Assembly: GCA_013265495.1 (NCBI GenBank)
Contig: MU058010.1
Coordinates: forward strand, 223,145-287,144
Direction of reading: 5' to 3'
DNA from: Vicugna vicugna
Lineage: Eukaryota
Length of the DNA stretch: 64,000 bases
Below are positions 1 through 13,570 of this stretch, one piece after another. The translations under genes were made by a program, and so were the position numbers. Below the pieces are notes generated by a model. It did no database searches. It had not been told where the DNA came from and saw only the letters and a list, made by a program, of their open reading frames with translations. Every line of letters begins with the position of its first letter. Positions within the stretch are counted from its first letter, which is position 1.

Positions 1-1841
1 TGAGGGACAGTATTCAATCCGTAACAGGAGGGAAGATTTCTGTTCACTCCAACTTGTGAAATGATGATACCCATAAACTGTGAGGATACATTATGATGTA
101 ATGCCTAGAGCAGCCACTAAAAAGGCCAAAGAGATACATGTAAAAAACACAATAGATCAAATGGAATTCTAAAACATGTTCAAGTAAATCATGTGGAGTC
201 AGAAAAAGAAGATAAATGAAAACCAAAAAATAAAAGGTAGACTGAAGCTTTAACATATCAGTAATTACATTAAGGATAAATGGTTATATGTTAAAGAAAA
301 TTGGCAGAGTTCATTAAAAACTTCACCTAATTATATGTTTTCTGTCAGAAATTTACCTCACACATATTGATATAAGCAAATGCAAAGTAAAAACATAATA
401 AGAACTTTATGAAAATAATAATCAAGACAAAAGCAATTGTGGCTGTTTTACTATAAAGCAATTTAGACATCAGAGTAAAGAGTTAAGAGAGATTGATTCC
501 ATATAATAAGATCAGTCCACCAGAAGATCAATCCTAAATGTGTATATGTCAAACCATGGATGTGCAAAACAAATGAAGCAGGAAATAACAGAACTGAAAG
601 GAAAAACAGATAAATCCACAATTAGATTTGGAGAATTCATAACTCAGTCAGCAATTGATACATCATGTGGACAGCACTAAGGATATATAAGAAGTCAACA
701 CTACCATCAAGCAAAAGTATATATTTATAGAATACCCCATCCAATGATAGCAGAATACACATTCTTTTCTTATTACCACAGAACGTATACTGAGACAGAC
801 CATATCCTGGGCCACAGAGCAAACCTTACCAAATTTGGGTGAATTGAAATAGAAAATAACAGGAATATCTCTAGTCCTTTGGAACATGAACAGCACACTT
901 CTATATAGTCCTTGAGGTCAAGAAGTCTCAAAGGAACTGACTTAATGAAATTGAGAATACAACATTTCAAAATTTGTGGGACACATCTAAAGTAGTACTA
1001 AGAGGGAAATTTATAGCACTAAACACATTAGAAAAGAGTAAAAGGCTCAAATTAGTAATTTTAGTTATCACCTTAAGAATCTAAAAAAAAGAAGAGCAAA
1101 GTAAACTCAATGCAAGAAAAGGAAGGAAATAATAAAGAGCAGAAATCAATTATATAGAAAAAATAGAGGAAATCAAGAAAACAAAGAGCTGGTTCTTAGG
1201 AAAGATTAATAAAATTGACAAGCCTTTACTAATATTGATGAAGGAAAAAGGGAGAACACAAATTACCAAAATTAGGAATACGATAGAAAATATCACTGCA
1301 GAATTTACATCAAGAGGGTAATAATAATCCATTATTATTAACAACTCTAAACATGCAAATTTGACAACTTAGATGAAAAAGACCAATTTTTGAAAAGCAC
1401 AAAGTACTACAACATACCCAATATGAGATGGAAAATTTGAATAGTTCTCTATTAAGGAAATTGAATTATTAATTTAAAACTCTCCAAAAAATCAAGTACA
1501 GATGATTTCCCTGGAGAATTCTACCAAACATTTAAATAAAAATTAATACCAATTCAACAGTCTCTTTCAGAAAACACAAGAGCAGGGAAGAGTTTGCAAA
1601 TTTAATTTTTGAAGTTTGTACTGGTAGCAAAACCAGTCAAAAACAGTAATAAAACCCCAGCCCCCCAAATTACAGCCCAATGTCCCTCATGAATATGGGC
1701 ACAGAAATTCTTATTATAATATCCTATATCGACAAGGCAAGACAGGAAAAAAAATCACATGATCATATCAATTGATGCAGTTAAAGCATTTGACAAAATT
1801 CACTTATTTATAATAAAAACTGATAAGAAAATAAAAATAGA

Positions 1842-2237
1842 TATTATGGATTGAATTGTGTTACCCAGAAAGATTATGTTTCAGTCTGAACTGGCACCTG
1901 AGAATGTGACCTTGTTGCAGATGTAATTAATTGAGATGAGATCATAAGGGAGTAGAGTGAAATATTAATCCATGATAGCTGATATCCTTATAAGAAGACA
2001 AGAGATACAGAGAGTGTGCAATGTGATGACAGAGGTCCTGGGAATCTTGGCTTAACAGCTACAACCAGAAGCTAGGAAGAGCAAGGAAGGATTTCACCCA
2101 TAGTCTCAAGAGGGAGCCTGAGTCAGCTGACAACTTGATTTTGGTCTTCCAGCCTCCAGAACTATGAGAATAAGTTTGTTATTTTAAGTCACTCATTTTG
2201 TGATGCGTTGTTAGAGCAACCCTAGCAAGTTAACACA
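1842..2237 (+). mobile_element. MaLR solo LTR (MLT1-type) nested in the L1
   Basis: Start TATTATGGATTGAATTGTG, internal GAATGTGACCTT and CCAGCCTCCAGAACTATGAGAATAA, end GCAACCCTAGCAAGTTAACACA. Confidence 0.8.
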
Positions 2238-2537
2238 GAGGGGTACTTTTCTCAACTTGATGACATGAATCTACAAAAATCCTACAACTAACATTATATT
2301 TAATTGCTGAAGACATTTCTCCTCAGACTGGAACAAAGCATGGATGTTCCCTCTCAACACTCGGACTCAACACAGTGCTGGAAGTTGTAGCCAAAGTAGT
2401 GAGGCAAAAAATGAAATAAAAAAAGTATGAATCAGAAAGGAAGAAAAAAGTTCAGAAAATCCCCCAGAAATCCTAGAACTAATCAGTGAGTTCAGCAAGA
2501 TGCCAGGGTTCAGGATAAACAAGACTCAATTGTATTT

Positions 2538-2661
2538 TGCAAGAGAAAGAGTTTTAGAGCTCTATTGTACCACAGTGTGCATGCAATTGGCAATACTGTA
2601 CCTTACACTTAAATATTCAGGGGATAAATGTATGTTAGTGTTTTTTACCTGAACAAAACAA
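2538..2661 (+). mobile_element. 5'-truncated L1 3'-end fragment nested in the older L1
   Basis: Flanked by direct repeat TCAATTGTATTT (2526-2537, 2662-2673); L1 3'UTR-like sequence with a short A-rich tail. Confidence 0.65.
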
Positions 2662-2861
2662 TCAATTGTATTTCTAGATACTAAGCAACAAACTTTTGGA
2701 AAATGATACTATTTATCACTGCCTGCCCCAAATACTCTGGTGTAAATCTTAACAAATTGTATAGAGAACTTTTATGCTGAAAACTACAGAATCATGATGA
2801 GCAAATCAAAGGTCAAAATAAGTGGAGAGATACCCTGTGTTCATGAATGAGGAGAGTCAAC

Positions 2862-3300
2862 TCTGCTTGATCGTTTGGGCTGTTGGCAGGATTCGGTTCC
2901 TTGCAGTTGTTGAACTGACATCGCTATGTCCTTGCTAGCTGTCGGTTTAGGGCTGTCTTAACTTTTAGAGTATACCTACATTCCTTGGCTCATACTCTGC
3001 TTCCTCCATCGTTAAAGCCTGTAAAGGCAGATTGAGTCCCACTCATGCTTTGAATCTCTTCTTTCTTCTGTCTCATCTCTCTAACCCAGCTAGGAAAGGG
3101 TCTCAGCTTTAATGAATTGTGTAATTAGATTTGGCCCACCTGAATAATCTAAGGTAATCTTCCCATTTTAAAATCATCTGATGAGCAACCTTAATTCTCT
3201 TTTTAATTCCCCCTTTGCTATGTCTGGTAATATAATCATGGGTTCTGGTGTTAGGACATGGCCATCTTTCAGGGAGTGGGGATGGGGATTACTGTGCCTA
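2862..3300 (-). mobile_element. MaLR LTR (MLT1-type)
   Basis: GTTGGCAGGATTCGGTTCCTTGCAGTTGT, ATTAGATTTGGCCCACCTGAATAATC, GGTGTTAGGACATGG. Confidence 0.7.
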
Positions 3301-3328
3301 ATGGCCTCTCATTGCCCATCACATTGTT

Positions 3329-3667
3329 CAGTCATCCCTTGGAATCTGTGAGGGATCCATGACCCTTGTGGGTACCAAAATCTGTAGATGCTCAAGTCTC
3401 TTAAATAAAATGGTGTAGTATTTACATATAACCTATGTACATTCTCCTGTATGCTTTAAATCACCTATAGATTACTTGTAATACCAAATCCAATGTAAAA
3501 GCTAGGCAAATAGTTGTAAATACAACATAAATGCTATGTAAATAGTTATTGGTGAGTAGCAAATTCCCTTTTCCCTTTTGGAACTTTTGGAATTCTTGGT
3601 TGTTTTCTTTTTCCCAAATATTTTTCATCTGCATTTGGTTGAATCCATGAATATGGAGGGCTGACTG
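3329..3667 (+). mobile_element. MER2-like TcMar-Tigger non-autonomous DNA transposon
   Basis: TIRs CAGTCATCCCT / AGGGCTGACTG followed by TA; internal ACCAAAATCTGTAGATGCTCAAGTC. Confidence 0.85.
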
Positions 3668-3680
3668 TATATAGTTTTTT

Positions 3681-4187
3681 TTAATTGAAAGTTTTTTTTT
3701 GAACTTTTTTTAAGTGAATTTTTTAAAAAACTGAAGTATAGATAAAGAATGACCATCATTCAAAAGTCCACAAATGATAAATGCTAGAGAGGCAGTGGAG
3801 AAAAGGGAGCCCTCCTACACTATTGGTTGGAATGTAGTTTGGTGCAGCTGTTATGGAAAACAGTATTAAAATTCCTCAAAAAACTAAAATTAAACTTACC
3901 ATATGATCCAGCAATCCCACTCCTGGGCATATATCCAGAGGGAACTTAAATGTGAAAAAAATACATGCACCCCAATGTTCACAGCAGCACTGTTTACAAC
4001 AGCCAAGATATAGAAACAACCCAAATGTCCATCAACAGATGCCTGGATAAAGAAGTTGTGGTATGTTTATACAATGGAATACTACTCACTCATAAAAATA
4101 AGATAATGCCACTTGCAGCAACATGACTGGACCTGGAGATCATCATTCTAAGTGAAGTAAGCCAGAAAGAAAGAGAAATACCATCCC
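3681..4187 (-). mobile_element. Lineage-specific L1 with 5' inversion (tail on - strand at 3681-3741, inverted ORF2 3' part on + strand at 3742-4185)
   Basis: ORF2 C-terminal sequence (CCATATGATCCAGCAATCCCACTCCTGGGCATATATCC); near-identical flanks TATATAG(T/G)TTTTT at 3668-3680 and 4188-4200. Confidence 0.75.
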
Positions 4188-4895
4188 TATATAGGTTTTT
4201 CACAGGCTCCTTCCTACCTGTTTGGTTTTATTTCTGATACAACCACTTGTGCTCAACATAGGTCAAGTCATGTTCAAGTGTTTTTGCATGTATTCGCTCT
4301 GGCTTAGAAACCTCACTTTCTTTCTGTGACTTGTCCTTGAAGGCTCAGGTCAGACACTGGCTGCTTTGTTCCCAGGAGAGGTGGATGCTGCACCTTCTGT
4401 TCCCTTAGCACCATGAATATAGCACTTACTATAGTATGTAAATAATTTTGTTCAACATTTGTTTCGATTGCTAGTCTGTGGTTTTTCTCAAGGACAGAGA
4501 ACATGTTTCATTCAGCTTTGTATTTCTCATCCCTAGTACGGTATCATGCATACAGTGAGCCCCTACTAAAAGATGACTGACCTGGTTAATGAACATTTGT
4601 TTTAGTAGTGATGAAACATTACCCTTAGAGCAGGGGTCAGTAAGTCCGAAAGTGTGATGTAGGACAGGGGATTAGAGTCATCATTCTTGGTTCCATATTG
4701 ATGAGAACCAGTTGTGAAATCAGAACTGATGATTCTGGCATGAAGACTGAGACAGGCTCAGGGGTGCTGCCTGGAATGTTACCACTTTGTGTCCTTTTCT
4801 AGCACATAAAGTTAAGGGTGGGGGCCTGGCATCAGCAGACCTAGATGCTCTTTCTGAGCAACCTTAACTTCTGTCTGCATGTTCCTTTCCTTATA

Positions 4896-5131
4896 TGGTT
4901 GACTCTTGAGCAATATGAGTTTGAACTGCATGGGTCCACTTATAAGCGGATTTTTTTTTTAATTGTAAATACCACCGTGCTACACAACATGAGGTTGGTT
5001 GAATCTGCAGATGCCGAACCTCGGATAGAAAGGAACTGCAGATATAAAGTGTGGACTGTAAGTTATATGTGGATTTTCAACCACGTGGAGAGCCAGTGCC
5101 CTTAACTGCCGTGTTGTTCAAGGGTCAACTA
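4896..5131 (+). mobile_element. Tigger2-type MITE
   Basis: TIRs TGGTTGACTCTTGAGCAA / TTGTTCAAGGGTCAACTA with TA flanks. Confidence 0.8.
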
Positions 5132-7652
5132 TATATAAAAGTGGAAGGAGATTCAATTTCATTCTAAAACCATTTGAGTGCTTGGTCTGATAGAGACAAA
5201 TAAGAAATGTTCCCTATCCTGTAGGGGTATGTAACAGGTAAGGTTGCCTTTATGCTCTGCTAGGTTTATTCCAACTCTGACAGTCCGTGACACATTTGTC
5301 TTTCCCTTCCTTAGACCACCTTTGGGAAGAGAGGTAATAACTTTAACTTGAGCCTGTGGGAAGCGTACATAGATCTTGTGCTTTGGTTCCCTCGGCCAGG
5401 AAGTAAATCTGAGACCTGATTGTCTCTTCTGCTGAATGAGGTGACTGTATTTGCTTCATAAAGCCAAAAATACATTGGAAACCACTTTGCACACTTTTGA
5501 TTTCATCCTCTTTGGAAGCAATAACAATTTCAAAGCTGAAGCCACTTTTAACATTTAAAGGTGGTTTGAACATTTAATCCCAGAGACCTGCTGCCCCTTT
5601 CCTGCCTCCTTTTTTTCCCCTTCTGTTACCTCTTCACCTCTTCTTTTCTCCTGCACTGAGATCCCTACTAGGAAGTGCTAAATGGTAATACACTTAGAAG
5701 TTTTTCTTGAAGCAATTAAAAGAGAAGGGTTTGATGTTTCCTGTTGTAGAATTTTAAGAGGTAGATTTTGTGTTAAATTAGTACTTAGCACATTACACAT
5801 TACTTTTTGCTGTTTCAAAGCAATTTTTTCCCAATACAAATGTCATACTAATCTCTATGTCATTTCTATTCATGAATAAAAAAACATTTGCACAGTGCTT
5901 ATTCATCCATGAATGCAGATTTTAGTTAAAGCGCATAATGCCTGATGGTACTGTGCTGACAGGCACAGAATAAATAGCACAGATTTTGTTTCCTGAAGAT
6001 TGATCATTTATAGATCAGCTGATAATTTTTTTTCCAGGTTGCTTCTTAAACTGATGATGAGAAATTTTTCACTTCTGTAGAAGGCTATGGATTTTAATAA
6101 ACCTCTGTCAGGGCTGCAGACCTGCCTACTCAATATCACTTTTTATCTTGAACATCTTTTCTAGAAGAGATAGGAAGTGATATTGGCCCCTGTCCTTAGA
6201 AACAACATTGCTGAAAATAGTAGCGGTGAGAGCAAAGGTTTTGAGAGAGTGGGTTTGTGAATGATAACTTGTTAATACAACAATATGTTAGACACTCAAA
6301 TTTTTAAGAAAAACAGGGAACCTCTTAATGCATATTTAGTTTGTTATAATATTACCGTTTCGATAAGTACTTTCCTCAGCTTTCTTTTTATGTTTAAATA
6401 TTACAATATTAATTTGTTATCAAGCATCCTAGTTTCTTGTCCCTGAACCCTGTCTGACTTTTCTTGCTTTTGATATATTTTATGAAATGTAAAGTGTAGT
6501 CTGGCTTTTAGAAGGCTGTTGCCAACCTCTCTGATTTTATTGTTGTTGAGAGATCAATTTCTGCCGTGAGGTAAAAAGTTGTAGTGTCAAGTAATTGGGT
6601 ATAATGCTTCTTTACATTCAATTTTAATGTCTCTTTTATAGAGAACTAGTTTATATGTCATATTCCTGCTTGGACCTGAGTTTTACTTTAGAGACTTAGA
6701 TTCTACTGTGTAGAATAGACTTATTTAGTGGGTCCAGAAATAGTTGATTTGAGAACTTCTGTGGGCTCCAGTATTCTAGTTACAGTTGTTATATAAGGGG
6801 CGATAAATTTTCAATGTGACTGTGTTCTACTGTTTATTACTCAGATGTGATTTACTTGGATTGATATGCTTCCTAAATTTTATAGTGGGTTCCAGCATAA
6901 GCATACCAAGTGCAACAAGCTCTTTTTGTTATATTAACATAATTTAAATTACTTTGTATAGTTTGTTAATAAGGCAGCTTTAGGAATACTAGGTTTATTC
7001 TCCATAATGATTGAAGGTGACAGCAGTATGAGTAATCGTAAACCATTTATAATGGCTTTCAAATATCTTTATGGATATACTTTTGAATATAGAGATGGCT
7101 GAGCATTCACTTTGAAGCCTTCACTGTGAGGTACTGACACAGGAGGCCTGATGAAGGGTCTGTCCGTGCATCTCAGTGCTGGCCGAGTAATTGGTACTCT
7201 CCAATTACCCTGTCTGTGCTGATTTCAAGCTTCCCTACTGCATGTGAAATAAGGATAAATACAGAATAGGACGTCAAAAAGGCAAACAGTTAAGAAGGAT
7301 GCTGTAGGTGTTTTCATGAAACATGAAAACAAGGTTTGAAATGCCTACAGGTAATCCGTATGTTGCTGATAGTGGAGAGTAAATTCTTCACTTTTGAAGT
7401 AGCATCTGGTTTGAAAACACCAACTTGTATTGAGGTTTTTTTCATCACCTTAACTGTGATAGTGATCTTCAGTCTTTCCTTTTACAGGGGAGTGTCTTCC
7501 TCCCCTGTATTCTTGAATTAGTTATTTCATGGTTTTCAAGGAGAAGTGATGAGTAAACTAGTTTGACAAGAGTCTGCCAATCCAAATGGCAAATTGTTTT
7601 TTTGGGGTGGTTGTTAAAGTCAGAAACTCAGAATATTTGTAGGTGATTAAGC

Positions 7653-7713
7653 TGTATAAATAAAGGAGTGCATAATAAAGGAGTGTATAAATAAAGTGTA
7701 TAAATAAAGGAGG
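7653..7713. repeat. Short tandem repeat, about 3-4 copies of TGTATAAATAAAGGAG
   Basis: Directly visible imperfect tandem units. Confidence 0.7.
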
Positions 7714-8448
7714 TGGAATTTTTTAAACAATATTTTTATTTTTCATGCAACTATGTTACATTTGGATTTTACTCTTATTTTCTAAGGAATGTAATATTGT
7801 GTCATAAGAAAATGGTATATCTTTGTATGTGACTTAAATTTTTTTTTTTAATTCTGTATGTCATCCTGCTTTTGATTATTGGGTGAAATTTTATTTTTAC
7901 CATTCTGTTTTTCAAAGGCCACACATACACATATAAAGTCATACATACAAATATATATACAAGCACATATATACAAAGAAATATGCATAAACATCATATA
8001 TATCTTTTTCTTTTCCACTTTTTGAAAGACAGATTGTTACTGTGATTTATTATCCTAGGCTTTCCACATCACTGATTTCTACTAAGGCTGTTTTTTAATA
8101 ATCAATATCAGCTGCTTTCTATTGGCAGTAATATACTAATTACATTCATACTCTGGTTATATTAATGGGTTTATGGAATAGAGGCAGTTTGATCCATATA
8201 AAAACACTCATTTAAAAGTAACGATGAAGCTCTTTAAAAAACAATTCAGCTTTGAAATTTAAGAAGTTGTTAACATTTATAAGGGTGCATTTTAGTGGTT
8301 TGGGAGATTCTTCTAAAACATACTTTTTCAATATTTTGACTAATTTTTTCAGTAATCGTTTTCTTTTTGTAGACTGGAGTCTTCTCTCTTTAAACCTTGC
8401 TTACTTGCCCAATTTTTGCTCTTTGGGACAGTCCACAGTGAGGCTTAC

Positions 8449-8657
8449 CCAGTGGTATGCTGGTAAAGGTTTAACAACTAGGTCTCTGGATGAGGGGAGC
8501 TCTGATTGACAGCATTTGCTGATTTCTATGGTGTCAATATTTCCAACATCACAGATTTTAAGCTACTAACGTGATGTCACTGGACATGGGGCATGGAAGA
8601 GCAGGGCACACTCAACTCTCACCAGCCAAATGCAGGCTAGGTTCAGCACACCACTGG
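8449..8657 (-). mobile_element. MER63-like hAT DNA transposon
   Basis: TIRs CCAGTGGTATGCTG / CAGCACACCACTGG. Confidence 0.8.
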
Positions 8658-8828
8658 CTCATCCTGTCCACTGCTGCTTCTTTCACAACTTAGATTATGA
8701 GTCATGAATGATTTTGGGTACTGTGTTCTTCCTTTATTGTATTTATGACTGGAGTATGACAAGTGCAATCTGTTTGTGAGTATAGAATACTGACTTACTA
8801 TATAACTACCCTTCTTTCTGCTTTTCAG

Positions 8829-8903
8829 TTGGGTGGAAAGCTTTGGCCGTGAGGGGCTTGGATTATTACTGGACATTTTGGAAAAGCTGATTAGTGGCAA
8901 AAT
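8829..8903 (+). CDS. DIAPH3: DIAPH3 coding exon (75 nt), GBD region: WVESFGREGLGLLLDILEKLISGK(I)
   Basis: Polypyrimidine tract plus ttttcAG at 8827-28; donor GTAAGT at 8904. Confidence 0.95.
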
Positions 8904-8991
8904 GTAAGTATTGCTAATCATTATTTCCAGTTCAGCTACATTTGCCTGCCCAGTTATGATCCCAACACTGATATCTTTTATGCCAATGCAG

Positions 8992-9061
8992 ACAAGAAAA
9001 AATTGTAAAGAAGAATCAGCACAAAGTCATACAATGTCTAAAGGCCTTGATGAATACACAG
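8992..9061 (+). CDS. DIAPH3: DIAPH3 coding exon (70 nt): QEKIVKKNQHKVIQCLKALMNTQ
   Basis: tgcAG at 8990-91; donor GTATGT at 9062; formin GBD motif CLKALMN; follows an 88-nt intron. Confidence 0.95.
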
Positions 9062-9585
9062 GTATGTACATAGACAACTGTATTGTCTTTGTTCTTCATC
9101 AGTTCTTAGAGAAGTCTTAGGGAAAAGAGATGTGTAATATGGAATTTGCACTATGCATGATGCATTGCTTTGAAAGCTGTTCAGTACATAATGGAAAAAT
9201 ATTGAATTGTATTGATTTCTAGTTTTGTATCAAATCAACTGTCTCTCAACAGGAGAAACTTGGGGATGAATGGACCTTCTTCTGGTGCTTAACTCCTCAT
9301 GTACAGATTAATTTTCTTTCCCTACTGTCTTCTGTTCCTACCTCTCTACCTGCCTGTCTGTTCTCCCCTCTTCCTCGCTTCCTTCTTCTCTTTTACTTTT
9401 CAAAAGTATAGCATGAATCACCTTTAAAGTATGATTATTAAATATGGTCTGCAGTAATACTTATTACCAAAGAATTAAGTTGGAAAGACAGATTTCATAA
9501 TCTTGGAATTTAAACCTTTAATGAGATTAATGTAAACAGACACGCGCAGGTCCCAGAAGTGGAGCAGTGATGCTTAGTACAAGTA

Positions 9586-9925
9586 CGGTTGACCTTGGAA
9601 CATGTCTTTAAACTGCATGGGTCCACTTATAATGAGGATTTTTAAAAATAAATACATATTTGTACTGTAAATGTATTTTCTCTTCCTTATGATTTTTTTA
9701 AGATAACATTTTCTCTTCTGTAGCTTACTTTATTGTAAGAATATAGTATATAACACGTAACATACAAAATATGTGTTAACAAATGTTTATGTTATGGGTA
9801 AGACTTCCGATCAAGATTAGGCTATTTGTAGTTAAGTTTTCGGGGAGTCAGAAGTTATACTTGGAGTTTTGACTGCATGGAGGGTCAGTGCCCTCTGTGC
9901 CCCTGTGATGTTCAAAGGTCATCTG
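9586..9925 (+). mobile_element. Tigger2a-like DNA transposon
   Basis: TA|CGGTTGACCTTGGAACA ... TGTTCAAAGGTCATCTG|TA; shares both ends with the element at 4896-5131. Confidence 0.82.
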
Positions 9926-12900
9926 TAACATTGAGACCAAATAAAATACGGTGGATCGGCAGAGTTTATATATTTTAAAGAGAATTCATTAGAAGAGAGA
10001 AATACTTTACGCTCTGTACTGAAGTTGGGTTTGCCTGACGGTGCTGGTTTTTTTTTTTTTCCGGACTGTTAACTTTGGAAATTAACTCCAGCTCATGCCA
10101 TGTCTTTAGCTCCAGCATCTAAACAAATCTACCTCATGATGTGTGGTAGCGGTGGGTGCTTCCATTGCCATTAGACAGCAGGAGAGGAAATTTTACCTAT
10201 GGTGGCATGATGATTTGTGTTTTATAGTGAAACTGTGCCTTTCTGATTAATTTTAATTTTTAGTATTTTGCCTTATTCTCAGTTTTAAAATAAGCCTTTA
10301 GAGGACTTCCTTCTTAGGTACTTGTACTTAAATTACTAGCATTTACATTTCTTCTTATTAAATATAGCAAGTATTTATATTTTCTAATTATTTTTCTTAT
10401 TGACTTATTGATTTTTTGCCATTTTCTGGGGCTAAGTTTTTTGTTTTTAACCCGTGAAATATTTTTCCCCTCCCTGCTTTTCCCAATCAGGTATGATTTT
10501 TCAAGGAAAATATCTTATGTGGAAATCACAAGTCCTTTCTATGTTGAACTCGCTGTTCTATGAGAATTTGATTTTTAGATATGTAGCCTTTTGTGGAATA
10601 TGTTTTAAGAGTAAATGAATAAAGGAACCAAACTGCTCATAAGGAGACATCGCACCACACTAAGTGTGTAGCACTGCTTTAGGGAGGCCCCTTCTAACGT
10701 GAGAACGTAGAAACTGGAAATTTCATTTGTGATGTGGAGGCTGAGAGTAGAGAAAATCCAGGAACATTTTTCCAAACCAAAGGGGCATTTGGATCATAAC
10801 TGGAATTTGAGAAGACTATCGTGGTTTAAGCGAGGTGGTATGTAGAAGGTAATATTTCTGCTTGGTTTGAGATGGAATTGGGAAAGGAGTAAACTTTATG
10901 TATTTATATTCTAATTAGTATAATGTAATTTATTATCTTTTAATAATAGGTTATTTTGCTTATAGTTTTTTATGTGGAGCTGGAATATATTGTCTTTTAC
11001 ATGTCTATTACCTGTCTATTACACACCTATTACATGTCTATTAGTATTACATGCTAATACAAATAAAAAGTTACTGATACTTGGAATTGTATTATAATGT
11101 CAAATTCTAAACCTAATTATATATGAAATTGTTTGGTAGATTTTTTTGTACATGATTGGTTGATAGTTTCTCCTGTACCTCACTGTGCAGTCTTTATAGA
11201 AGTTCACTGAATGATAAAAATATAGGCTTTAAAAAATTACAATACCTTATTTGGTACTAGTAATTAATGATATAATTTCTATTATGAGCAAATCTGATAG
11301 TGTTACATGAAACTGAATTTTTATAACACTAAATTGAACTTTGTAGTAGTTTTTAAATAGAAGTAGATTTTGAATAAAATAAAAGTCAAGATGAAAAGTT
11401 ACATATCTTTAAATTAAGAAGTAATTAGAACAGGGGCTTCATTTTGTCAGTTAATTTTTTGTGTATTCTTGAAGTGTGCACTGACAGTGAAGACGCCTTG
11501 GTCCTGAAGTCAGCTCCCTGCCCCATGTTATTTCTGCTGCTAGGATGAACTCACTGTGGGTGATTATTCAGCACCACTATTTGTGTATTGTTGGGAATCC
11601 TACACAGGAATTTAGGATGTTAACCTCCCCCTACCCAACATGCCTCCAGTGGCCTGAAATTCCGTCTATTAAGTAATAATAGGCCTCAAATAGAATGCAG
11701 ATGGAACTTAGCACTGTTCCTTAGTTGAGGTCATGTGAGTTTTCATATGATCTGGAGTGGGCCCTTGACATTCAGTGGAAAGACATTCTTAGACCTTCCA
11801 AAGTCTGTCACCATCTCTCTAACCTTCTAATAGCCTTCATTTAATGTACTTTAAGTGCCGGCACTGGTAAGTTGTCTATTTCTCTCACAGTCATTGAGTT
11901 TTGTTTTGTTTTGTTTACTTTTATGTTTTTTTTTAATAATTGAGAGTAATTTTATGCAAGTAGTCAGCAATTCTGTATTTAGTTCTAGATACTCAGTAGT
12001 GGTGATCTGGCCTCATTCCAGTGTTAAAATGAGCACTGCAGTTTTACATTAGCCAAATCAGAGAATATTGCCCGTGATGGAGCTTTGGGGTCACAGGATG
12101 TTGGTCAAAACCATGAACATCAGAAAATGCTCCTATTCTACTCTTGACACATGGTTTAGGGCCAGAGGACTGGGCAGAGAAGGTAGGTGGTATCACTTGG
12201 AGGAAATCAGTATGAGTTGTTGCCTTGAGTGGCTGGAGAAGTCAGAGGATCGTAGATCCGGGAAGGGCAGATGCAGACTCAGGCCAGCCAGGTGGGTGGG
12301 AAGTGAAGGGAAGTGCTGGAGGCCAGCATTACTCAGTCTCAGGTGTATCAGGCAGAGCCAGCCCTTTGGTGCTTGGTAATCATTGGCTGATTGACTTTTT
12401 GAATTGGATCTAAGTGGTACTTTATAAGCCTCTGACAGTTCCCTGGAATGATTATCAAGGCATATTGTAGTCTCTGGCCCCATGCCTGCTTTTTCTTTCT
12501 TTGTTTCCAGTTATGGAACAGCCGAGGGCATCACAAAAGTGAGCATTTCCTGGCTGGTTTAATTGTCTCTTTGTAAATGTTCCTGGTCACCAGTAGGAGA
12601 GAGAAGTCTCTTCAAAAATCATACCCTTGGGCTATTAACCCTTCTGATTGTACTTCCTTCTTGTACCTGTGTTCCTTAGGTAGTGGTTTAAAGCAAATGC
12701 AGTATTTCATTAACAGTGTGAGACTTCTCTACATAAATGCCATATACAAATGAGACAGGAAACTTATAAGTAAGATTTCATAACAATCAAAGCATTTGGG
12801 TCTAAGCTTGTTATAGGCTTAACTTTGGTAATTAAGCCATAGTTTACAGGTTTATAATTGGAATTTAGGTCCTTTTTAGTGCTTAGTTGTAATTTTAATC

Positions 12901-13309
12901 AACTAATTTCTCACTCTTTAAAAGGATCCTTTAGGATGTATGATAGATAAATAGTACAGTTTTATTGCTTCTGTTCATCCTCTGTTATTTAATATTTATC
13001 TTCCATAGATTGTTAGTGGGGCCCTGAGAGATGGCCCATCCATCCTTAAATCAAAACACTAAGTCATTAACATAACTCCTTATCTTCTAATTGGATGTGA
13101 TATCCTGGCAGTAGCCAACAAACTTTGTCCTCATCCAAAATTATCCCATTTATGTAATGTGTTTACAACTGTGTTGTCTTTCTGATGACAAAATATTATT
13201 CTGATCAGAATACATACACTCCTGTGGCTATGGTATCACCCAGCTCACCTCGCAGCTTCGGCCCATTTGTGAAGTAAGTGTTGCCGGTTAGGCACGCACT
13301 GTGTTCTTG

Positions 13310-13570
13310 TGGTTCCCATTTGTCGCTGTTGAGCTCTTGAAATGTGGCTAGTCTGAACTTACTTGTGCTGTAAGTGTGAAATAACACACTGGATTTTGAA
13401 TACTTATGAAGGAAAAAAAGTGAAAATATCTCACCAATAAATGTTTTATATTGATTATTAAAATTATAATATTTTGGATATGTTGGAATAATTCTATTAA
13501 AATTTGTTTTATTTTTTGCTTAAAAATTTTACACTGCACATGTGGTTCACATAATATTTTTCTGGGCCAT
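13310..13570 (+). mobile_element. MER33/MER3-like hAT-Charlie element
   Basis: TTGAAATGTGGCTAGTCTGAA...ACACTGGATTTTGAATACTTA...CATGTGGTTCACATAATATTT; ends approximate. Confidence 0.7.

Larger units (their letters stand above)
1..2860 (+). mobile_element. Old degenerate LINE-1 (inter-ORF/ORF2 region, L1M-type), interrupted by nested elements
   Basis: A-rich strand; endonuclease-like segment at ~400-900; RT motif AAAGCATTTGACAAAATT (KAFDKI) at ~1783-1800; many stops and frameshifts. Confidence 0.85.

Noticed and set aside
8370..8400. AG/ACTGGAGTCT as the preceding DIAPH3 exon (LESL...)
   Set aside because: Translation does not continue as the expected LESLRVSLTSNPVS and there is no fitting donor; the upstream exon appears to be outside the window
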